Source of the DNA: Thermosulfurimonas dismutans
Lineage (GTDB): Bacteria > Desulfobacterota > Thermodesulfobacteria > Thermodesulfobacteriales > Thermodesulfobacteriaceae
DNA: 16,975 nt
Reading direction: 5' to 3'
NCBI RefSeq assembly: GCF_001652585.1
Contig: NZ_LWLG01000024.1
Span: 1 to 16,975 of the forward strand
The notes beneath the pieces are model-generated. The model saw only the letters and a list, made by a program, of their open reading frames with translations. It was not told where the DNA came from and did not search any database. A program made the translations under genes and the position numbers. Position 1 is the first letter of the stretch. Each line of letters opens with the position of its first letter. Below are positions 1 through 6,667 of this stretch, one piece after another.

Positions 1-2
1 CC

Positions 3-281
3 TTTATGATAGGACTTTTTTCTCTGCTTGAAGCCATGACAGATCAACCTTTGCCTTTGATTTTGAAAGATCTTCCATTGGAAAAGGATGTTGAGGAGGC
101 CCTTTTGGGGCGTGAAAGTCCTTTTACACCGTTACTTCGCTTGGTGAAGGCTTATGAAGAAGGGCGATGGCAGGAGTTGTATAATATACTGAAAGGCCTA
201 CCGATTTCTGATGAGGTTCTTCCGAAATTTTATATCAAGGCCTTATCCTTTGCTCAGCGGGCTTTTGTGCTAGGGAAATGA
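3..281 (+). CDS. C-terminal fragment of an HDOD-type (EAL plus modified HD-GYP, COG3434/YuxH-like) signal-transduction protein. The 5' end lies outside the window.
   Basis: The frame is open to the left window edge. The pattern GLFSLLEAM..PL..IL..LPL...V.EALLGRE.P...LL.LV.AYEEG.W matches my recollection of the conserved C-terminal tail of HDOD proteins. The stop TGA (279-281) overlaps the mpl ATG (278-280) as ATGA. Confidence 0.55.
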   Translation, partial: FMIGLFSLLEAMTDQPLPLILKDLPLEKDVEEALLGRESPFTPLLRLVKAYEEGRWQELYNILKGLPISDEVLPKFYIKALSFAQRAFVLGK

Positions 282-1678
282 AAAGTATTCATCTCCTAGG
301 TATAGGTGGTATTGGGATGGTAGCCTTGGCGGGTCTCCTCAAGGCCCGTGGTTTTGAAATTACCGGCACGGAAGCTACTACTCCTTATCCTCCTGCGAGT
401 AAGGTCCTGAAGGACCTTGGGATTGAGCCTATCTTGGGGTTCCGAGAGGAGAATATAGATTTGGTTAAACCTTCGGCCGTGGTGGTAGGAAATGTTATCC
501 GGGCCGATAACCCTGAGGTCAAAAGGGCTAGGAAGCTGGGGCTTCCGCTCCATTCCATGCCCTCTGCCCTGGCTGAATGGATTCTCCCTGATAAAAAGTC
601 CTTAGTAGTGGCGGGAACTCACGGGAAGACCACGACCACGGCTTTGCTGGCTCACACTTTGGAGGCCCTTTCGAGCGAGCCTACCTATCTTGTGGGAGGG
701 ATTCTTCGATCCTCTGGGCTCAATTTCAGGTACGGTGATGGACCTTTTGTGGTCCTTGAGGGGGACGAATACGATTCGGCCTTTTTTGATAAGAGGCCCA
801 AATTTTGGCACTACCGGCCCTGGGCCGCCATCCTCACCGGAGTGGAATACGATCACGCCGATATTTATCCCGATTACGGAAGTCTCCTTTCGGCCTTCCG
901 TGGTTTTGTGGGTCTTATCCCACGGGAAGGGGTACTGGTCTTTTGTGGAGATGACCCTGGGGCGAGGGAAGCTGTTCTAGAAAGTTCTTGCCGCCTCATT
1001 TCGTATGGCAAAGACCCTGGAAATGATTATGTGCTCGAAGCCTTTGAGCCTCAGTCCTCTGGGAGCACGATGCGGGTCAAAACTCCCGAGTCTCGTTTGC
1101 AGATGAGAATTCCTCTTTTCGGTGAGCACAATGCCCTGAACGCCTTGGCTGTTATGGCCTTGCTTTTAGAGCTCGGTTTTTCTATAGAAGATACCACTCG
1201 GGCTCTTTCTACTTTTCAGGGCGTCTTACGCCGCCAAGAGGTTCTCTATAGGGGTAAGGTTACGGTGATAGACGATTTTGCCCATCATCCCACGGCGGTG
1301 AGGGTTACCCTCTCGGCCCTCAGAGAGGCCTTAAGGCCGGTCCGTCTTTTCGTGTGTTTTGAGCCTAGAACAAATACCAGTAAAAGAGGGATTTTTATGG
1401 CCGAATATATGAAAAGTTTGGCCTTGGCAGATCGGGTGTTCATCAAGGAGCCTCCGGGGCTCGAGAGGATTCCGGAAGAAGAACGTCTTGATCTTGGGGG
1501 GCTGGCAAATGAACTCAATAATAAAGGAGTTCCGACCAGCATTGAAACCGGGATCCATCTTGGGGAGCGATTAGCCGAAGAGCTTCGGGCTGGCGACCTG
1601 GTAGTCTTTATGTCAAGTGCCTCTTTTGGGGAGGTTTATTCCGAACTGATCGAGTACCTTAAGGACCGTGGACTTTGA
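278..1678 (+). CDS. mpl: UDP-N-acetylmuramate:L-alanyl-gamma-D-glutamyl-meso-diaminopimelate ligase (murein peptide ligase, Mur ligase family)
   Basis: It has an N-terminal Rossmann motif (LLGIGGIGM) and the P-loop AGTHGKTTTTALLAH. EGDEYDSAFFDKRPKFWHY and VEYDHADIY closely parallel E. coli Mpl (EADEYDCAFFDKRSKFVHY, LEFDHADIF). DDFAHHPTA and FEPRTNT are also present. Mpl is favoured over MurC because of the FFDKR.KF.HY block. Confidence 0.85.
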   Translation: MKSIHLLGIGGIGMVALAGLLKARGFEITGTEATTPYPPASKVLKDLGIEPILGFREENIDLVKPSAVVVGNVIRADNPEVKRARKLGLPLHSMPSALAEWILPDKKSLVVAGTHGKTTTTALLAHTLEALSSEPTYLVGGILRSSGLNFRYGDGPFVVLEGDEYDSAFFDKRPKFWHYRPWAAILTGVEYDHADIYPDYGSLLSAFRGFVGLIPREGVLVFCGDDPGAREAVLESSCRLISYGKDPGNDYVLEAFEPQSSGSTMRVKTPESRLQMRIPLFGEHNALNALAVMALLLELGFSIEDTTRALSTFQGVLRRQEVLYRGKVTVIDDFAHHPTAVRVTLSALREALRPVRLFVCFEPRTNTSKRGIFMAEYMKSLALADRVFIKEPPGLERIPEEERLDLGGLANELNNKGVPTSIETGIHLGERLAEELRAGDLVVFMSSASFGEVYSELIEYLKDRGL

Positions 1679-2318
1679 GCGTCTGAAGCGTATCCAGGAA
1701 GATTTGGCCCGGAAGGCCTGTTTTAGGCCTTTACAAAGAGAGATCCGAGTGGTGGCCGGGATGGATGTGGCCTATTCTCGAAATAGTGAACGGGCCTATC
1801 CGGCAATGGTTCTCATGAGATGGCCGGATCTCGAGCTCCTGGAAGAGATAACCCTGTTAGAGTCGGTGAACTTTCCTTATATCCCCGGATACCTATCTTT
1901 CAGAGAGGTGCCCCTTCTTAAAGCCGTGGTTGCAAGAGTTGCCCAGAGACCCGATCTAATTTTTGTGGATGGTCAGGGATTGGCCCATCCCCGGCGGGCA
2001 GGGTTGGCCGTTCATCTAGGAGTGGAGCTTGGGCTCCCCACCATCGGTTGTGCCAAAAGGCCTCTTGCCGGGGAGTTTGTCTGGCCTGAGGAGCATTTCG
2101 GAGCCACCAGTCCTATCTTGTTCCATAAAGAGGTGGTAGGTTATGTTCTTAGGAGCCGTAAGGGAGTGAAACCCATTTTTGTTTCTCCGGGAAATCTTAT
2201 TACCCCCGAGGAGGCTTTGGACTATACTCTAAGGGCCCTTAAAGGGTTCAGGTTGCCGGAGCCTTTAAGGAAGGCCCATCTTTTGTCGGTTAAAGCCAGG
2301 AAAAGCCATGAAGGGTAG
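1668..2318 (+). CDS. nfi: Endonuclease V (deoxyinosine 3' endonuclease)
   Basis: GMDVAY, YIPGYLSFREVP, FVDGQGLAHPRRAGLAVHLG, PTIGCAKRPL and GFRLPEPLRKAH are collinear with E. coli Nfi. The GTG start overlaps the mpl 3' end by 11 nt. Confidence 0.9.
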   Translation: MDFERLKRIQEDLARKACFRPLQREIRVVAGMDVAYSRNSERAYPAMVLMRWPDLELLEEITLLESVNFPYIPGYLSFREVPLLKAVVARVAQRPDLIFVDGQGLAHPRRAGLAVHLGVELGLPTIGCAKRPLAGEFVWPEEHFGATSPILFHKEVVGYVLRSRKGVKPIFVSPGNLITPEEALDYTLRALKGFRLPEPLRKAHLLSVKARKSHEG

Positions 2319-3018
2319 GGTGGCTGTTATTATAGCTGCTGCTGGTCGGGGCGAACGACTGGGAAGTGAGATTCCCAAACAGTTTCTTGAAGTCGCCGGT
2401 AAACCCGTCCTTATTCATACCCTTTCAATATTTGAAAACCATCCTGAAATTTCGGAGATAGTGGTAGCGGTTCCAGAGGGATGGGAAGAAAGGGTTGAAG
2501 AGCTTTGTCGGAAATTTGCCATCCATAAAGTATTTCGAGTGGTTACGGGAGGGGCTAGCCGTCAAGAGTCAGTTTTCAAGGCCTTTGAGGCCCTATCTCC
2601 AGAAAACAAAATCGTCCTAGTCCACGATGCCGCAAGACCTCTGGTGCCTTTCCGAGTGATCTCGGAGGTCATTCAGGCTATAGAACGTTTCGGAGCGGCT
2701 ATCTGTGCTGTTCCGATAAGGGACACCGTGAAGGAGGTCTCCGAAGACTTGAAAGTGATCAGGACCTTACCCCGTGAAAGGCTCTATTTGGCTCAGACCC
2801 CTCAGGGAAGCTGGTGGTCGTGGTTTGCGGAGGCTTTCTCAAAAGCCTTGACCTCTGGAGGAGTCTATACCGATGAGGCCTCCCTTCTTGAGGCCGCGGG
2901 CTTTACTGTGCAAGTAGTCCCTGGCTCTTTTACAAATCTTAAGATTACTTATCCGGAGGATCTAATTTTAATGGGAGAGCTTCTCAAGAAATCCCTTGAC
3001 ACAAATCCCAAAATATGA
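2308..3018 (+). CDS. ispD: 2-C-methyl-D-erythritol 4-phosphate cytidylyltransferase (MEP pathway)
   Basis: Motifs are VIIAAAGRGERLG..IPKQFL, VHDAARP, and QTPQG followed by a TDEASLLE-type motif. The length (236 aa) is typical of monofunctional IspD. The start overlaps nfi by 11 nt. Confidence 0.92.
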   Translation: MKGRVAVIIAAAGRGERLGSEIPKQFLEVAGKPVLIHTLSIFENHPEISEIVVAVPEGWEERVEELCRKFAIHKVFRVVTGGASRQESVFKAFEALSPENKIVLVHDAARPLVPFRVISEVIQAIERFGAAICAVPIRDTVKEVSEDLKVIRTLPRERLYLAQTPQGSWWSWFAEAFSKALTSGGVYTDEASLLEAAGFTVQVVPGSFTNLKITYPEDLILMGELLKKSLDTNPKI

Positions 3019-3053
3019 GGTGATAGATAAAAAACCTGAAGGAGGGGTGAGGT

Positions 3054-3398
3054 ATGTTCAAGGCCTGGAGAGGGAATGTGAAGAGATTGGTGGCGGTTTT
3101 AGGCCTTTCCTCCATGCTTGTCATTCCGGTAGGCTGCGGTCTCTCCAAAGAGGACAAGGCTATGCTTCAGCAGGCCATAGAAGCCTCTAAACAGGCTCAG
3201 GCAGCGGCTGAGGAGGCCAAGAAGGCTCAGGCCCAGGTGGAAGCTGAGTTGGCCCGCATTGAAGCCGCGGCCAAGCAAGCGGCTATGGCGGCCGAGCGGG
3301 CCGATGCCGCAGCCAATCGGGCTGCCGAAGCAGCTGAAAAGGCTAATGCCGCCGCGGCCAAAATGGAGAGGATCTTTGAAAAGAGTCTGCGCAAATAG
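3054..3398 (+). CDS. OprI/Lpp-like alanine-zipper outer-membrane lipoprotein
   Basis: A strong SD (GGAGGGGTGAGG) precedes the ATG. The signal peptide ends in a lipobox-like VIPVG|C. The mature part is an Ala/Glu/Lys/Gln coiled coil. The C-terminus AAKMERIFEKSLRK resembles P. aeruginosa OprI (..ERALRMLEKASRK, from memory) and E. coli Lpp (..YRK), including the terminal Arg-Lys. Confidence 0.65.
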   Translation: MFKAWRGNVKRLVAVLGLSSMLVIPVGCGLSKEDKAMLQQAIEASKQAQAAAEEAKKAQAQVEAELARIEAAAKQAAMAAERADAAANRAAEAAEKANAAAAKMERIFEKSLRK

Positions 3399-3410
3399 AA
3401 CCTAAAGGCG

Positions 3411-3462
3411 GGGTCCCTACCGGATTTGTCCTACCGGACGAGGGATCCCGTCAGCTTTTTTT
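3411..3462 (+). terminator. Possible intrinsic terminator for the lipoprotein gene, embedded in the 3' end of the convergent transpeptidase gene
   Basis: GGGTCCC (3411-3417) can pair with GGGATCCC (3442-3449) with one bulge. An inner CCGG/CCGG pairing also exists. A T7 run lies at 3456-3462. The 6-nt spacer between stem and T-run makes it non-canonical. Confidence 0.3.
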
Positions 3463-4313
3463 ATGTATTTCCGGACTTTAAAAAAGTCCAAAAGTAAATT
3501 CTTTCCGGTAAGATCCTCAAGAAAAGCGGCTTGTTTTATAACCTCAAGGATGGGATCTGGGAAACGTTTTTCGATATCAGGAAAGACCTGAAGATAGACC
3601 GTATTTCCTTTAACTCCCAGTTTGGTCGGCTGGTAGATAACCTTAACCGGCGTTCCGATCGGAACTAGAGGAAAAAGAGCCTCGATGTCTTCGGGATAGA
3701 GTCTTATACAACCGTGACTTACCCTCCGGCCGATGCCCCAAGGTCTGTTGGTGCCGTGGATGGCGTAGGCTTCTCTAGAAAGATAAAGGGCATAGTCTCC
3801 CAGGGGATTGTCCGGTCCCGGAGGAACTACCGGTGGTAGAGTGGGATCTTCCTTGCGGATGGATTCCGGGACATGCCAATAAGGTTTTTCTTTTTTGTGA
3901 TAGATAGTGTAGAGCCCTTCTGTTGTGAGTTTGCCTTCGGTGCCTATCCCGACAGGGGCGGTGTAGACCACCAAATTTTCCCCTTCACGGCGGAAATAAT
4001 AGAGCCGCATCTCTGGAAGATTGACTATGATTCCGGTACGAGACTCTGGAGGGAGAACAAACATTTTAGGGATAACAAGTCTTAGACCTTTAGGTGGTAT
4101 CCAAGGATCCACCCCTGGATTGGCCAGAACTATTTGATTGTAACCGAGATCATAGGTTCGAGCGATGTCTAGCAGGGTTTCGTTATCCGAAACGGTATAG
4201 TGTAAAATCTCTCCTATTACGGTTTCATCAGCGGTAAGGATAAAGCGATCCAGGGAAAAGGCCGGTGTTATGCTAAAGATTAAGAAAAGGAGTAGCAGGT
4301 TCCAGGCTTTCAT
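3417..4313 (-). CDS. Periplasmic L,D-transpeptidase (LysM plus YkuD/ErfK-YbiS-YcfS-YnhG catalytic domain)
   Basis: It has an N-terminal signal peptide (MKAWNLLLLFLIFSITPAFS) and a LysM-like segment (YTVSDNETLLDIARTYDLGYNQIVLANP). The catalytic block PPGPDNPLGDYALYL..AIHGTN.PWGIGRRVSHGCIRLYPEDIEALF closely parallels E. coli YbiS/ErfK (PAGPDNPMGLYALY..AIHGTN..GIGLRVSQGCIRL). Confidence 0.9.
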   Translation of the reverse strand: MKAWNLLLLFLIFSITPAFSLDRFILTADETVIGEILHYTVSDNETLLDIARTYDLGYNQIVLANPGVDPWIPPKGLRLVIPKMFVLPPESRTGIIVNLPEMRLYYFRREGENLVVYTAPVGIGTEGKLTTEGLYTIYHKKEKPYWHVPESIRKEDPTLPPVVPPGPDNPLGDYALYLSREAYAIHGTNRPWGIGRRVSHGCIRLYPEDIEALFPLVPIGTPVKVIYQPTKLGVKGNTVYLQVFPDIEKRFPDPILEVIKQAAFLEDLTGKNLLLDFFKVRKYIKKADGIPRPVGQIR

Positions 4314-4330
4314 GCTAGAAATTTTAAACT

Positions 4331-6667
4331 ATGAGTACATCTCGAAAAGTCTACAATAATATTCTTGATCTTATAGGAAATACTCCCCTGATAAAACTGC
4401 GTCGTATTCGAGTCAAACCCGGGGTTGAGATCTGGGGAAAGCTTGAGGCTGCCAATCCTGGAGGCTCGATCAAGGATCGTATCGCCCTTTCCATGATCGA
4501 AGATGCCGAGAAGAAGGGCGTGCTTACCCGGGACAAGATCGTGGCCGAGGCCTCAAGTGGGAACACGGGTATCGGACTTGCCATGGTCTGTGCAGTCAAG
4601 GGGTACCGGTGTCTCATTGCCATGCCGGAGTCGGCCTCCATTGAGAGGCGCAAGATCATGCAGGCCTATGGGGCTGAGATCCTTCTTACTCCGGCCGAAA
4701 AAGGCACGGATGGGGCCATTGAGGCCATCTATGAGTTAGTGAGGACTTATCCGGATCGATATTTCAACCCGGACCAGTTTAACAACCCCGCCAACTGGCA
4801 GATGCACTATCGAACCACTGGGCCGGAGATCTGGCGGGATACCGAAGGTCGGGTAACACATGTGGTGGCCTCTATGGGTACTACCGGCACCCTCATGGGG
4901 TTGGCGCGTTATTTCCGGGAAAAAGCCTCTCACGTAAATGTTATTGGGGTGGAGCCTCTTCCGGGACATAAGATCCAGGGTCTCAAGAACATGAAAGAAT
5001 CCTATCCTCCCGGCATTTACGATAAGAAACTCCCCCACCAGATCGTGAACGTGGAGGACGAAGAGGCCTATGAGCTAGCCCGGAGACTTGCACGGGAAGA
5101 AGGTATCCTGGTGGGGATGAGTTCCGGAGCGGCCCTGGCCGGGGCTTTGAAGATTGCCCGCGAGATCGAGGAAGGCCTTATCGTGGTCATATTTCCGGAC
5201 GGCGGAGAGCGCTATCTCTCTACCCCCCTTTGGGTCTTTCCGGAACCTCCCCGGAAGGAGGATTTTCGTCTTACCAATACCCTTTCCGGCAAGAAAGAAG
5301 TCTTCGAGCCTTTGGAGTCTGGGAAGGTAAAGATCTACACTTGCGGCCCTACCTTGAACCGCAGACCCCATCTCGGACTCTACCGCCGGATGCTTACGGC
5401 GGATATCCTCAGGCGCTATCTTGAATACCGCGGTCTTTCAGTCACCCACGTGGTCAACCTCACGGACTTTGACGACAAGACTATTGCGGCCGCTGAAGCC
5501 GCCGGCCGTCCCTTAAAGGAGCTTACCGAAGAGTTGGCTCAGGAGTTCTTTGAGGATCTTGGAGTTCTCCGGATAAAACCGGCTACCCATTATCCCCGGG
5601 TGAGTGAACACGTAGAGGACATGTTGGCTCTTACGCGGGAACTCCTCCGTAAAGGGCTGGCCTACGAGAAGTACTCCTCCATTTATTTCGATGTCTCCAA
5701 GCTTCCGGACTATGGGCGGCTTTCAGGGGTAGAGACGGCAGCGCTCAAGCCCGGGGTTACTGTAGATCTTGACGAGTATGAAAAGGACTCTCCTGCGGAT
5801 TTTACCCTTTTCAAGAGGGTAAGCATCCTGGAGCTTAAACAGGGTTATTTTGTAGACACGGAGTGGGGTAAGGTGCGCCCAGGGTGGCATATCCAGTGTG
5901 CAGCCCTGTCCATGAAATACCTTGGGGAAAGTTTCGACATCCACACCAGCGGTACCGATCTCCTCTTCCCCCACCACGAAAACGAGCGGGCCATCGCCCG
6001 GGCTCTGACCGGAAAGGAGCTGGCTCGTTTTTGGATTCATTCCGCCCTGGTCCTCTTCGAGGGTCGTAAGATGTCGGTTTCGGCTGGAAACGAGATCACC
6101 CTTGCGGATCTCAGGGCAAAAGGTTTTCGGGGACGTGAAATCCGGTTCTTCCTGCTTCGCAGCCATTACCGCAAGCCTTTGAACTTTACCTGGAAGGCCC
6201 TAGAGGAGGCTAGGAAGGCCCTTTCGAATCTGATAGTTTTCTGTGCCCTCCTTCATAACGCCCCTTTGGGATCGGAAGCTCCCGAGGTCCTTACGGCCGT
6301 TGAGGAGCTTAGGGAGGGTTTTGAGGCCGCTATGAACGATGACCTCAACACTCCCCAAGCGGTGGCCGAGCTATTTAGATTTTCCCGGAGGCTTTACCCT
6401 TGGGTTTCGGAAAGAGGCCTTTCCGAGGGGACTCGTATGAAAGCCCTTGAGGTCCTTTTGGGGATCAACCAGGTCCTAGATATCTTGGTTTTTCCTGAGG
6501 AAATCCGTTCGGAGGAGATCCAGGAGGTCCTTTCTGAGAGGGAGGCCGCCCGCCGGGCTGGAGACTACGAGACCGCGGATCGCCTACGGGAGGAACTGAG
6601 AGCACGCGGTTATCTGGTACTTGACACCCCTGCCGGAACTAGGGTTTTCCGTCTGCCAGATGAGTAG
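4331..6667 (+). CDS. cysS: Fusion protein. The N-terminal part is a PLP-dependent cysteine synthase (CysK/CysM type, about aa 1-300). The C-terminal part is a full-length cysteinyl-tRNA synthetase homolog (about aa 312-778) with degenerate HIGH and KMSKS motifs.
   Basis: Cysteine synthase marks are GGSIKDR (PLP lysine), SSGNTG, GTTGTLMG, MSSGAA and FPDGGERYLST. CysRS marks are FRLTNTLSGKKEVFEPL, YTCGPT, RPGWHIQC, DLLFPHHENE, AMNDDLNTPQA and the C-terminal EREAARRAGDYETADRLREELRARGYLVLDTPAGTRVFR. The signature motifs read HLGL (5369-5380) and KMSVS (6068-6082). There is no stop or start codon at the junction. Confidence 0.85.
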   Translation: MSTSRKVYNNILDLIGNTPLIKLRRIRVKPGVEIWGKLEAANPGGSIKDRIALSMIEDAEKKGVLTRDKIVAEASSGNTGIGLAMVCAVKGYRCLIAMPESASIERRKIMQAYGAEILLTPAEKGTDGAIEAIYELVRTYPDRYFNPDQFNNPANWQMHYRTTGPEIWRDTEGRVTHVVASMGTTGTLMGLARYFREKASHVNVIGVEPLPGHKIQGLKNMKESYPPGIYDKKLPHQIVNVEDEEAYELARRLAREEGILVGMSSGAALAGALKIAREIEEGLIVVIFPDGGERYLSTPLWVFPEPPRKEDFRLTNTLSGKKEVFEPLESGKVKIYTCGPTLNRRPHLGLYRRMLTADILRRYLEYRGLSVTHVVNLTDFDDKTIAAAEAAGRPLKELTEELAQEFFEDLGVLRIKPATHYPRVSEHVEDMLALTRELLRKGLAYEKYSSIYFDVSKLPDYGRLSGVETAALKPGVTVDLDEYEKDSPADFTLFKRVSILELKQGYFVDTEWGKVRPGWHIQCAALSMKYLGESFDIHTSGTDLLFPHHENERAIARALTGKELARFWIHSALVLFEGRKMSVSAGNEITLADLRAKGFRGREIRFFLLRSHYRKPLNFTWKALEEARKALSNLIVFCALLHNAPLGSEAPEVLTAVEELREGFEAAMNDDLNTPQAVAELFRFSRRLYPWVSERGLSEGTRMKALEVLLGINQVLDILVFPEEIRSEEIQEVLSEREAARRAGDYETADRLREELRARGYLVLDTPAGTRVFRLPDE

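Noticed and set aside
2996-3190. A 64-aa plus-strand ORF overlapping the ispD end and the start of the lipoprotein gene
   Set aside because: The alternative frame starting at 3054 has a strong SD, a signal peptide/lipobox and OprI-like homology. The 64-aa frame has none of these.
3417-3438. The direct repeat CCTACCGGA ... CCTACCGGA, separated by 5 nt
   Set aside because: It is only 9 nt in two copies, lies inside the last codons of the transpeptidase gene, and is explained as part of the terminator-like palindromic structure. It is not a CRISPR, att or IS end signature.
5221-5270. The possibility that cysK and cysS are two separate genes mis-joined by the ORF caller
   Set aside because: There is no in-frame stop anywhere in the junction, and no ATG, GTG or TTG at a usable distance after the SD-like AAGGAGG. 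The reading frame is continuous, so the sequence as given encodes a genuine fusion. Only a sequencing error could change this.
5723-6166. A 147-aa minus-strand ORF inside the CysRS-like region. Similar antisense ORFs lie at 4351-4659, 4736-5038 and 5075-5371.
   Set aside because: All lie opposite the strongly motif-supported 778-aa ORF. They are Arg/Pro/Gly-rich with no domain signatures, so they are frame shadows of GC-rich codons.
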